From assembly GCA_964035545.1 (NCBI GenBank), contig OZ037765.1, positions 27,589,504 through 27,653,503 of the forward strand: a DNA stretch of 64,000 nt, read 5' to 3'. Position numbers and translations under genes: made by a program. The stretch comes from Bugula neritina. Lineage: Eukaryota > Animalia > Bryozoa. The notes under the pieces are model-generated. The model was not told where the DNA came from. It ran no database searches and saw only the letters and a program-made list of their open reading frames with translations. This document shows positions 1 through 12,900 of this stretch, piece by piece. Position 1 is the first letter of the stretch; each line of letters starts with the position of its first letter.

Positions 1-455
1 GTTGTTCTGTAGTATGTATTAGTTGTTCTGTAGTATGTATTAGTTGTTCTGTAGTATGTATTAATTGTTCTGTAGTATGTATTAGTTGTTCTGTAGTATG
101 TATTAGTTGTTCTGTAGTATGTATTAGTTGTTCTGTAGTATGTATTAGTTGTTCTGTAGTATGTATTAGTTGTTCTGTAGTATGTATTAGTTGTTCTGTA
201 GTATGTATTAGTTGTTATGTAGTATGTATTAGTTGTTCTGTAGTATGTATTAGTTGTTCTGTAGTATGTATTAGTTGTTCTGTAGTATGTATTAGTTGTT
301 CTGTAGTATGTATTAGTTGTTCTGTAGTATGTATTAGTTGTTCTGTAGTATGTATTAGTTGTTCTGTAGTATGTATTAGTTGTTCTGTAGTATGTATTAG
401 TTGTTCTGTAGTATGTATTAGTTGTTCAGTAGTATGTATTAGTTGTTCTGTAGTA
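1..455. repeat. 21-bp minisatellite (GTTGTTCTGTAGTATGTATTA)n, over 21 copies, intronic in the SIDT gene, truncated by the window edge
   Basis: Near-perfect tandem units are directly visible; they produce the spurious TTEQLIH-repeat ORF. Confidence 0.97.
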
Positions 456-589
456 TTTATCAATTAATGTAGTCTTCACTTTTCAAAACTGTAGTCTAAT
501 AGCCATGTTAAAATATAACAAAACACAATTAATCCTGGCTGTGAGATATAAATTCTATACCACGAAAAAATATTTGTGAGAGAACAAAC

Positions 590-1955
590 CTTCAGCCTAT
601 AAACATCTTTTATCTCATCCTGGTCAGTCAGTGTGTCAGCATCTAACAGCAGACTGTCATCATAATTAATATCATTAACAGACGTGTTACCAGCACTAGC
701 AGATGCTTCTGTGTTCCCATCACTGATAGTAGGCACTGTGCAGCAACAAACAACACACGTTATTCTATAAATAGGCAATCAACAAATTTCAATCCTTTTA
801 TTTTTGAAATTGTATGAAATTATGTTGAAAGTTTGGAAAGCCCCCTTTAGAAAGGATTTTATTTGCTCAATCCTTATCTTAATGGCCGACTCACGATTTT
901 ATGACCTGTTTTATTACTAATGAACACACTAGGCCTTCATATATTGTACTGGGGTTTACGTAGGCAAGGACGTATAACAAGTGTGGAAAGAGGAGGAGAA
1001 AGTGGGATGGTATAATGCTGGTATAACTGAACATTACAATGACTTTATACTAGTGAAATATACACTTTATATAGCCTGTCTAGTTGGCATATCGTGTCTA
1101 TGTAAGTAAGTCTAGCAAAAAGGCATGAGCAATGCAATTGAAAGGAATATATTTTATAGGCCGGCACATTGAATGCTAATGAATGAATTATATACATTCA
1201 TTGACTAAGAAATACTTAACAATATACCCAACAATAGCCCAACTGTCATGTGACATACTTGCAGCTGATAGAATTGAATATTAGTTCAACTACAAGGACA
1301 AAATGTATAAACTTGTACTAACTGAACCTACCTGGAGAAGTCATTTCAATTTCTTGAGCTTTTCTTCTTCTTTCCCTACAAATAATCAACTTTAAAGTCT
1401 CAACAAAAAATAAACAGGTTATTTGTTGAAAAAGTATTACAGAGAGAAAATATTAGCAGCCAACAAAAACCAACACGAAGCAGCAAAACTTTGGACTCAC
1501 CAAAGTTTGATTATGAGAAGATAAAGAACGGCAGCCAAGCAGTATGCAGAGCAGTAGCCAACTGCAGCCAGCAGAGCAAATATGTACACAGTCTCTGTGA
1601 AAGGAGAGATAGATTAGTATAGTATGGTTCTACTAACACAAGTCAACCATCATCAGAATGCTGATGAGAAATGCTAGTTGATAGTGTAAGTACAGCATGA
1701 TTAGCTTTATCACCCTTATATGTAACATTGGAGGAGCATGAGAATTACTTTAGCTTTATTAAGATTATAAAATAAAATTCATATTAGACACTTACACACT
1801 TACCTTCTATATGGTCTTCAATCCAAAACTCCATATCTTTCACTTTAGGATCTGCTCAAATGCATTAACAAGATAGAAATACAATATCATATTAATACAA
1901 ATAGAGTGAGTAGAGAGAGGATTTAATAACCTGTCCTTGAAATACTCTTGAAATG

Positions 1956-2015
<60 letters not shown>

Positions 2016-4455
2016 ATCTAGCTCTTAAATAAAGCCATCAAAGCTTTAAAAATGAAATCTCACCTCCCATGGGAATTATTCTTTCCTGACTGGAACAAAG
2101 TTGATCATTGGGCATAACAGCAAACACAATATACACTGCCTTCGATACACGCTGTAAACAAATATACATACAAAATACTTTCCAAACATAAAATTAAACT
2201 TTTAATTTAAAATAACTTTAATCAACCAGATAGCCAAGAGTGTCCCAGGAAAAACTTTAAGAATTTCATTCAAGAACTGTATTAAAAGTATAGGTTTTTA
2301 ACTATAACAACTGCAAGCAGACTTTAAAAAAATGGATCACCACAATAAAGACTCAATTCTATACCAAATCAAATGAGTTTGTTCATGTTTATGTCTAATA
2401 AAAAGTAGCTGCTTTCAAAAAGAGCTCAAAAAACTCTCATGTTGTTTTCAGAGTTTTAGTCTCATCTCACCAAATAATACAGAAACATTCATCTAAATGG
2501 GCAGGGTGGTGAGAGCACCTGAGCAGGGCTACACCAGAGTTTCCCCCAGAGCAACTAAGGAGCGAGGTAAAATGTGAGTGAAAGTACTATATGATATATT
2601 AAATCTAGTATTATACATTTTGTACTTTCAATATGCAATAGCAAAAGTAACCCGTGTCTAGCTATAATTGAAAAAAATTAATTTAAACTTGAGCTGTTCT
2701 TAAATCATAGAACTGTTCAATACTAGCTAAAAACCCCATTCTACTGCTCTGTGTTGAAGTATAATCTGGGTATATAAATAAATGTACAGAGATACTACAT
2801 TTATTGCCTTCTAATCCCCAAAACTTAGAAGAATTAAAGATGTAATCGGTTATATACAAACTAATGTTTGCTTGAGTCCTTAGGCTGAACATCTAAGCAA
2901 CTGGGTGTCTATTAATACTTACATTATTATTAATTATGAGGGCAGCCTTTTGGAGAAAAGTTTGGAACGTGACGCCTGTCTCAACACTACCCGTGAGGTC
3001 CTGTATTGGGCACTGAAACAGTAAAACACAGAATTTTATGCAGCTTTTTAATTTTACAAAATATTGTTATGATTTAATGTTGTTCCAAAAGATTTCAATT
3101 GAGCAAGAAAGCATGCTATGCTTACGTATTTTAAATGCACGTGTATTGAGTGAGAGTTGAGTTACCTTGGCTGATTGAATGGCAACCCGGGAGCAATAAT
3201 AGTTTTGGCTGGAGTTAACGTAGAGAGTAACTGCTTGAGTGCTGTTCTTGGGGAATGTAAACTGGTAGTACTGTGGTGAAGTAGGGGTCACAAATATTGT
3301 GTAGTCAGTTCCAATACTGAAAAACAGCACAAAGTAACATATTTGATTGCATTATGGCAATAACCGTTCAAGTATACCTTACTTATATGCATGTTATATA
3401 TGTAAACTATACACAAAATTTTTGTAACTTTGCTTTTACCTCACTGTCAAGTTTACTTGAATTTCAGCATGAATAGAAAACTCTATTAGCCTTTCTGAGA
3501 ACGTTGTCACTTCTATGGAGATCGGTAATGTAGTGTTGATGTTTTGACCAGTGGCACACAACTTCCGACTGACCTGGGAAAACTCCACTCTACAATAAAT
3601 TAAAGTGAAGATGTGATCTAAATAACTAAAGCCTTCCTCATTGTTCTGAGCAATTCAGCAATTTCATGGACAAGAACAACACAAACATATACAGTGTACA
3701 CAACATATAACCCCGATTTTAGGTAAAAGTGGACGGTAAAAATGGCACAAATGGAAAAGTTGATAAAAATAGCACACTGATGTCAAATTTTCTAAAACCC
3801 CAAACTCAAACCCTCCCCCCAACCCCAAACATCCATCCTAAACCCAAATATTGAAAATGTGCTATTTTTACCTATTTTTTCGTTAGTGCCATAATTATCT
3901 GTGCCACTTTTCCCAAACACTTATAACCTAGGTAGGTTGGTAACACAAGATTTTACATAATGTGTAACATCTACGGTTCAACCATTACACCTGACTTGCA
4001 TCTCACTATACACACCCTGATTGCATTCGCAATGGCAGATCCCATGACTGAAGTGCCAACTCTTGACGAACTACTACTTGTGTGGGGAAATCATTTGAAT
4101 AATTCGTCTCTTTATTGGTTAAATCAGTGGTAATGTATACAGCAGAGTTCTGCAAAATTTTATAAAATATTTGTATAATAAAATTCAAAGTTGGCTTTTT
4201 ATTTGAATGGATTACTTTGATTTTGCACCAATAAACATCATGTGACCATGGTCTTACATATGTGTGATTGTAGTTATATTCAAACAAGTATCCATGATTC
4301 CTTGTTGAATTTTCTTTATAGGTTTCTCCAAACACTGCTTCAACTATGTTTGGAAAGCCTGGGTGTTGTTTTGAAGAAGACTGAGTTGTGGCCAAATGCA
4401 CAAGCATAAATGCAATGAGTATATCGAGTTTTTTCCATACCTCAAGAACTAGCAT
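590..4455 (-). CDS. SIDT1: SID-1 transmembrane family protein (SIDT1/2-like), 5' portion; gene continues past the left edge
   Basis: ATG at 4455 with a signal-peptide-like start (MLVLEVWKKLDILIAFMLVHLATTQS). Phase-consistent GT-AG exons 4455-4258, 4149-4016, 3589-3440, 3316-3166, ~3013-2924, ~2152-2064, ~1855-1804, ~1596-1501 (first TM helix), ~1375-1332, ~745-590. Motifs VVVRQELALQSWDLPL, PTSPQYYQFTFP, CPIQDLTGSVETGVTFQTFLQKAAL and DADTLTDQDEIKDVYRLK match SIDT proteins as recalled. Confidence 0.88.
1964..2012. repeat. (TA)n microsatellite in a SIDT intron
   Basis: Directly visible. Confidence 0.97.
3714..3921. mobile_element. MITE-like element with degenerate long terminal inverted repeats (TIRs) in a SIDT intron
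   Basis: Left gattttaggtaaaagtggacggtaaaaatggcac pairs with right gtgccataattatctgtgccacttttcccaaacac; C-rich AACCC centre; flanks tataaccc (3706-3713) and tataacct (3922-3929) resemble an 8-bp TSD. Confidence 0.7.
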
Positions 4456-4839
4456 GCTACCTGCAAAATAAAGCAAACCAAGGCTAATTTGTTCTACTAA
4501 ATAATTTAATCAAGATCCTAAGAAATTAAAAAATTAGTTGTTGGTTTATTAAAAACACACAAAGAATTACTACATGGTACGTAGTTTGAGTTATTGAAAT
4601 AGCAACATTTTAAAATGGCTGAAAAAAAATTAGAAACATTTGTTTTTTTAAAAAAGCATCAATAATTTTAACAACTAGGCAGCTATTCCTGATGGCAAAT
4701 TGATTACCTAAACAACGAATACATATACTATGAGTATGTGAGGTCAGAAAGTTTTACATAGAAAACTGCGCACTTAAACTCACAGTTACTGCCAAATCTA
4801 TAGGCAATTTTAATCTGAGTCAGTTAAGATCAATGACTC

Positions 4840-7010
4840 AGTCAGTGAGCCAGCGACAGAGACGCCGACTGTCACTGGGATTACTGTGGTTACATTTTAA
4901 TAAGGATGAGAAAATTAACCTCTTCTGATTTTATAAATTCAAAATTACCAAAATTACTATTATAGTTATATTAGACTTAATATAACATTAAGTTTGACTA
5001 TAAATATAAGTTAAAGTATTATAACTTTTAGTTATAATAATTATAACTAATACTTTACTTTCCATTACAATCAATATTATGATTAATAAATTTTATTTCA
5101 ATTACCAAATCAATTATAATAATAATGTGACAAAAATTATAAAATTACAATATTACAAAAGAGTAAATCAGCAAACCTAAAAACAACCTAAAGAAATTCA
5201 AATAATTTAAATAATCAATTCAACTCCAATTATATTTATTTTTAAAATAACAATATGTACACATTCATTATTTAATTTAGGTATGACATTATGATTATGA
5301 TTATAAATGATTATAAGATTTAATATTAATTATATTTAATTTCATTATTTTATAAATATTATTAAATTTAATGTTCATAATGATATTCAATATTCATATT
5401 GATAATAATATTATTATCAATAAAATTGAATATAATATTTAAATTTGAATTAAATATTAATTTGAAAGCCAATTTAAATTGTGACAAATAAATATTCTAA
5501 ATCTAATCAGTAATTAAGTCAAAACTTTTCATGTTTTCAGTTTTTGTGCTGATTCAAAGACCATGACTTTGAGCCATCGATATGAGTATCACTATTACTG
5601 AGCTGGAATATTATGGAGTTCATTGATCACTATCACATGCATTTCCGCAATTGATGGGTTTTCAAGTTGTCACATCATGAATTCGTTGACTTGTCTATCG
5701 CTTGTAGCAACACCAATTTGGTGGTCAAGGACAATAAACTGGAAAAGACATAATATTATTATTTGTTGATTTAATTGTTTTATCAATGTATTTTTTAATT
5801 GATATTATTTTTATTTTAGCGGTTACTGACCCTGAATTAGAAATAATAATGTTTTCAGTTATTGGGCGCTGAACACAGTGCTTCGAAGATCTCAAGTTTA
5901 AAGTTAGGAGGGAAAGAGAGAGAGAGGAGTTCGACAACGTCTCTCTATAAGCTGTGCGCTTAGTCACTGCTTATTCGGTGCTGCTTCTAATAGTTCTAAA
6001 AAATCAATTTGTAACTTCAATAGAAGTTTTGAAAGTTAATACACAAATACGTGTATTTGCCTGAATAAAAAAAAAATTAAGATCTAGTAAAATTCTCTCA
6101 AGAAATATGGGAAAAGTTCTGCATTTCTAATAGACACTTTAACTCTGACTTGGCGATTGTATTTTTATTTTTTATCTAAACTTCCTGTAACCTTTGCATA
6201 TTCACAATTTACATTTAGTTTTACTAAAATATGATTATCATTATAGGCCACAGACCTTTATTCATTTATTCATATTAGTAGCAGTGAATATAAATAATGT
6301 TTTATAGAACAGCATGGTGAAAATTGCATCAATTCAAATCAGTTGAATCATTAACTTTCAATCACACTCACAGTCATTCTCAGTCTCACAGTCATTGTGG
6401 TTGTGATTGTCATTGTGAATCATTGTGATTGTGATACTGATTGACTATTGAGTATTGAGTGATTGAAATTGTGATTGTCAATCATCAATGGCTAACCAAA
6501 GTTAAAGTGAAAGTTTATTCAAAATAATTCAATTTCATACTGCTGATAAAAAAGTATTACTATTAGTATTACTAGTAGTAGTAGTATTACTATTACTCAG
6601 TATTACTATTAGTCATGCTCAGCCTCATCTCATGATCCATGGTGATGTTGATTCTGATAGTGATACTCATACTTATGCCTATGGTAATCTCAATCTGATA
6701 GTAGTACTACTAGTAGTACTGGTGGTACCGCAGGCGTAGTTGGTAGTTTCAACTAGTAATACTAATACTGAACTAAAAATAGAATTGGTGAATCACGTGC
6801 AATTGCATGATAATGCACTTGGTTATGGTAGAAGTTTAAAATTAATTAAACAGATTAAATAATAACATTTTATTAATTTTTAAATTTAGTTATTATTATT
6901 ATTAATATTATTGTTATTATCGGATTCGTAAGAACTAAAATGCATACTTCATAAAACGAAATTCTGACTCACTGACATCAGTATTACTATTAGATATCAA
7001 TTTCAATGAC
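4840..7010. promoter_or_regulatory. Divergent (head-to-head) promoter region between SIDT (-) and TP53RK (+), flanked by TAN/TGA-rich low-complexity tracts
   Basis: The two genes point away from this interval; a more GC-rich core at ~5640-5990 lies between degenerate ATT/AGT/TGA triplet tracts. Transcription start sites are not directly visible. Confidence 0.5.
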
Positions 7011-7482
7011 TAAAAAGTCAACAAATTAAAAAACAATATGCGGTGTAGTACTTGAGTTTAAAAATGCCTTTACCAAGTAACCCATGCCCTGCTAATGCAC
7101 AAACTAACAATATGTAATACCTAACTATAACATACAGTTACACCCATGGCTAGTCTACTGGATCTAGAATTTTTGGTCTATAAACGGAAAAAAGTACTTA
7201 TTACAGGGCCATTTACCTTAAAACTATAAGTAACAATTCCCTATTTTAGTGCAAAATTTGGAAAATGTTCTAGCATAAATTTTTTATCAAGTATAATCTT
7301 TTTTTTGCCTTTGACAGTCAAAGAACTTTGTTTGGGTTTTGGCTTAAACCCAGTAGTGCTTGATAACTGTTGATGAAAATTCGAAAAAATGTATTTTGGG
7401 CAACTAAGCATAAGCCCAAGTTGCCCTTTTTTATGTTGAATAAATAAATATCAACATGCTTATATGCTTTGGTCCCTAGCAA

Positions 7483-8599
7483 ATGGATGTGTACAAACAA
7501 GGAGCTGAAGCCAGAATTTATTTGACAACATTTCTCGGAAAAAAATGTGTGATTAAAGAAAGATTCAAAAAATCATATCGCCATCCTCAACTTGAAGAAA
7601 ATTTGAGCACACAGCGTCTCAAGAATGAAGTGCGAGCATTAATTAAATGTCGACAATGTGGTATGTATTAAATTGTATACATGTCTATATTATGCAAATG
7701 AGTGCAAATCATTTTCATTTGTTACAAATTGTTTTAAGCCGTTGTTTTTAGATTTCAGGAGTTTTTACTTTTCATCTTAAATAAAATATAAAAATTTCTT
7801 TCAATATTGCATACCAATAAACACTGAAAATATCTTTTATAAGCATGTATTTTATTAAAACTTGCGGGAGTGAATGGCCTATTTTCTGTTTCAAGATATA
7901 CATGTAAGTTTACTTTTAAATTATAGGCGTACCAACTCCCTCATTACTTTATGTGGATCAAATGAAAAACTCCATATACATCGAATATTTAGATGACTGT
8001 GTAACTCTCAAGGAATGGATTGATCGCCTCCTCTCCAACAAGGATGAGCCAAGTCTCGATGAAGCTGCTAAAGCCTTAGGAGAAGTTATAGCAAAACTTC
8101 ATTTAAATGGCATCATACATGGCGATTTAACTACATCCAATTTCTTGGTTAGAGCGAGCCAAATGAATGAGTTTCAGCTCATAGTTATAGATTTTGGGCT
8201 TACCACAATAGAAAGTGCCAATAATCCTGAAGACAAAGGTAACTGATACAGTATTGTCTAGGCTTAGGCCAATGTTATATAGATGTAAGTTTGCACAAAG
8301 TGTCTATGTGTGGACCACTGCACTTCATTGGTAGTTTCGAGAAAAAAGTCATGGCAAATATAACATAAACGCAAGTTTGACAATTTTACTCTATTTTTCA
8401 TATAAATGGCTTTATTTCCATAGGTGTAGATCTATATGTCCTGGAAAGAGCGTTCCTTAGTACACACCCAAACACAGAACAGCTCTTTAAATTGGTACTG
8501 AATGCTTACAAGCACGCATATGGCGGCAATAGTAAAGATACATTTGCCAAACTTGATGAGGTTCGATTAAGAGGGCGAAAGCGAACAATGGTTGGTTGA
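7483..8599 (+). CDS. TP53RK: TP53-regulating kinase (PRPK/Bud32), KEOPS complex subunit; 3 exons, 221 aa
   Basis: Exons 7483-7660, 7927-8238, 8424-8599 (GT-AG, phase 1/1, 666 nt). Motifs [54 protein letters not shown] and C-terminal [11 protein letters not shown]. Confidence 0.97.
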
Positions 8600-8655
8600 A
8601 ATCAGGAGGAGACACAGCAGTCATGCTAAATGGCATATATGTTATGTGCATTGCC

Positions 8656-8664
8656 TTTAATAAA
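8656..8664. terminator. Overlapping poly(A) signals: AATAAA on + (8659-8664) and ATTAAA on - (8661-8656)
   Basis: TTTAATAAA lies between the convergent TP53RK and DLG5 stop codons; a second + strand AATAAA is at 8793-8798. Confidence 0.45.
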
Positions 8665-9070
8665 AATTGGTTTTTTTTTAAATATTTGTATATTGACTAT
8701 TTCACAAAACAAAATATATCTGCCAATTCAACATATATCTTTACTGACACAATATATACAAAATTTAAAATTAATCTGCAGCAATAATCATTAATAAATT
8801 TCAAAAGACTGCAAATTTTAGGTGTTGAATAGTATGTTATAAATGTCTAAATTTTGGTCATGAATAATTTGCAGTCAAAACTTATTGAAAAATAGAAAAA
8901 TATCAGGAGCGGAAAGCAATAATCTATAAAGGAATGTTATAGTATTCCAGTTACAACATGCAGTCTGATATATTAGATAAGATATTAGATTGTAATATTG
9001 TGTATACATAATTTGTACAGTATCGTAGTGCAACAGTTTCCACTTTTTACATATAGCTCCTGTTGGGTTG

Positions 9071-9844
9071 TTACAGCCACACATGCTTTTCCTGCTCCTC
9101 ATCAACAACACGCTTGATATTTTGGTGCATAGCTGCCATATTAGCACCTTGAACTTCCACTAAAAAATATAGAAAACACTGGCGTAAATGGTTAGCTGCA
9201 GCAGAAAATAGTTAATCAAGATTCACAGTACTTAACAGTATCTGTAATGCCTTGGTAAAAAAATGGAAAACTAGTCAAAGCTGTAATATTTCAATGGGTA
9301 TCATAAGGAAGTTGTTCCAAATCTGTGAATTAAATCACATTAAAATCACCCATGTTTGATCATTCTAAGAGTGGTAGTGAGCATGGTGTCATCGTAGATA
9401 GACGCTTCCCAGTTAGACGCTAGGCTAAATTTCTCAAATGCACGCTTCCCAGTTAGACGCTAGGCTAAATTTCCCACATGCACGCTTCCCAGTTAGAGGC
9501 TATTTATTTTGGTACAATATATGTATTTTATACATATGCTTTTTTATTTGAAGATTACAGAAATATGTGTATTTTGGTAATATTAGATTTTCTTCAATTT
9601 TGAAATAAATTCTTTTGATTTGTATTAACTTATTAATTTTGCATTTTCTATACTTCTTGTTGTTTGAAAAAATATTTCATTAACAAGTATTCATTGAAGA
9701 TAATATCTATTATTGCTGTATTTCTGGTTTTTTTTTGTTTTACACAAATCCGTGAAAATTGGAATATTATTCCAGAGAATACATATTAACTATTTTTCAT
9801 GTTTAGCAACCAATACAACAGTTATATAAGTATAAATAGGTATA

Positions 9845-9902
<58 letters not shown>

Positions 9903-12900
9903 ACCAAAATAAAAAATGATGTCTAACGGGAAGCATATAAGTGGGAAGCGTCTATCTGGGATGAAACCGTATGCATTGTTTATGCTGTAAACTATGGTCC
10001 TTCATCTATACAATTTGAGCAACATAAAAGAAGAAAATCGTATTCTCTCATTGCTACACTGCTAAGCAAGTAGGTACGATCCTCTAGCATGGCTTTTTAA
10101 TTCTAGTATATAGCTTGCGGTGCATCAATTTTAATTTACTTTTCAGCATATTTTTTGACATCTAAGACGTTTGTTTCATATTGTTCAGAATGAAAGAAGA
10201 CCTAAAAGGTGGTAAACTGACAGTTATCTTGCATAAACTTTCTTTATTGATTCACTCACCAGTGAAGAGGTTCTTGAATTCTAACTCAATTTTAGAAAAA
10301 TACTCAAAGAGTTCTTTGGCAGACTTGCTTGATAAATGATCAGGCAGAAATCGAGGATCTTTTACTTCTCTGGAAAACACAAATTAAAATAATGTAATTC
10401 AAAGTTTCGAAAACTATAGTGATGTACATAACAGATACAATAAAATAATGATAAATGCTACAAAATAAATTCATTTGAAATCAATGCCTAAAAGTTAACT
10501 AATGTCAAAATTAGACAGAAAATTCAAACTAAAAAATATGAAAGTAAGTGTTAGTAACACTTACTTTATTTGTTTGAGAGATTTGTGTTTAATGTATATA
10601 ACAATGGGGTAGAGCTTGCATCTGCGCATTCGATCAATTGCCAGTGGATGAACCCTCAATAAACTGTGCCGATTCTGAAAAGAACATAATTATTCAAGGA
10701 GTGAGCTGTTTACAAGCTATAAAATATGAGGGTTTGTCTTCCCAAATTCAACATATATTACTGTTTTTAACAAAAATCAAGCTTTATATCAACTAAAAAT
10801 AACATTTAAAGTGATTAGGTAAACAAATAAGAGCAGGTGTGGTAGGAAAAAATTATCCGTGTCCAATTAAATTTGCCTCACCGATTGAGCTATTCTGTGT
10901 AGCGTATCTGTTCGGGTGACCTTAAATAGGTCATTGACCTTCTTATAGTCAACAAAGACCCCTTTACTAATGTCATCCTCTATGACAGTATTGTCAGTAT
11001 TGAGAAACTCCTCTTCATATTCCTTGAACTTATCAAAAGACTCATTCACTAACTTCTGTATCAGAGCTTCAGCAAATGGGCCCAGTATGACTACAGGCCT
11101 TGGATAATGACCTACAAGTAAATTAGTATATCATATAACATTTCCACCTCAAGTTACAGTATGTGTAAATAACAGTGTTGTTTACAAAAGCTAAGCTTAG
11201 CTTTTTAATTCACAAAAAAATTAAGACATCATAACTTGTAGCAAGATATTGGCTGGAATTTTAATTTACATTTTATTTTCTCTACTCGCTGATACAGGAG
11301 AGGTGCACCGTCATCTGCAGTTGGCACATTGTCATTACTAGCACTGAGATCAGAAAATGAGGTCAATTCACGGCTGTCTTTGGAACCGCTGCGCTGGTGT
11401 TGATGACGACCACTTCGTCGTTTGAAAAAACTCCGCCTCCCGATGGATCCATTTCGTTTGCTTGACTTGGAGTCTTCATCGGGCATCACATCAGAGAAGC
11501 TGCGTCTAAGAGAATACGACTCCTCCATTCTTAAAATAGAAGAACCGAAGTTTTGCAGGATATTATATAGCAGCTTGCTTTACATCAGCAAAATTGAAAG
11601 CCCTGTTCAGTATTCTCAAAACTTGTTCAATAACATTCTTTAGCATCAATGCAAGTAGAAGCAAAGTCAGTGAAAACAAATTAGAAAAGTAAACAAATTG
11701 CTTAGTTGGAATAAACATGCTAAAAATACAAACTCACTTTATTCTACTGGGTACAACTCCACTGCTACCAATTTTGTTGTCCATTTCATCAATTTTGCAG
11801 ACATACCATTTGCCGATCTGACCATACAGTAGACTGTTCTCTACTCGGAACAAATCACCCGGTGATATGCTCAACTCTTCTGCAGCCTCTGCCTCATACT
11901 TGAAGTGAGCACGGACATAGAAATGATCACCGGAGCCAGCGTGAATCATACTGTATTCTTCAAAACAACACACACATTAAATAGATCTAAAATTTTATAA
12001 GTAGCTATTACTAGGTCATAATGTTTATTAAAATAAAATAATGGGAGCAAACCAGTCAACTGGTAATATGGTAACTAAGATTTGTTTAGAATGCAATACT
12101 GCACATTGATGGACTTACTTACTGTGACTTATCCATTTAGTTGGCCTCATAAATACAATTATATCATATGCTGGTGACATGCAACACTTTACATTGAAGC
12201 ACTTACTGTTGAGGTTATGCTGAGCAACCACACTGATGGTGTCAGATGGTCTGTTGAGTTCAGTAGCAACCTGCTCGGCTGTGAAACCTTTCAGGTCTTT
12301 GCCATTGATAACTAGGAGCTGATCAGCAATGCGGAGGTCAGAGTTGGAAAACGGGCTGTCGCTAGAGATCTCGGCTACGAAGACGCCGGTGATGTTACCT
12401 CCACACAGCCGCAGCCCTACTTCCTGTGACATTCTTTGCACAGTAATCTTCCGGGGTGGATCAGTCCCTGATTCATCACTACTACTTCTGAAACACAAAT
12501 TTCACCAAAAACATATTCACCTGTCCACCTATACCACACCGAGTGTTAGTTACAATATTCCACTAGATGAACAATTGCCAGCTCTTTCCTAATTAATTTC
12601 TACTAGTAAAAATACTTACATAATTCAACATGCAATTTTTTGACTAAAAAATATAACAAGAGTATTTAAGATAGATTCACCGAGCTAGTCATATTATGTT
12701 TGTCACAGAAAATAGATAAAAAATGAACTACTAAAAACATTTGTCATAAGTTACCCATTGCTGTGTACAACATAAAGGGGTTTCTTCTGAGAATGGCCAT
12801 TCTCCAAGTATGCATGTATGGTTTGTATGCTACCAGTTACTGAGTTCTTGTCCACATCTTGACTCTGCTCGGGGAAATGTTTACAACCTGAAAGAACCAT

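Noticed and set aside
215-463. ORF of TTEQLIH repeats; also a superficially CRISPR-like array
   Set aside because: Pure 21-bp tandem repeat with no spacers, inside a SIDT intron of a eukaryotic genome.
10185-10201. Alternative DLG5 terminal exon (..FTGLLSF*) via a 58-nt intron
   Set aside because: It would truncate the GUK domain, and the only support is an acceptor-like sequence.
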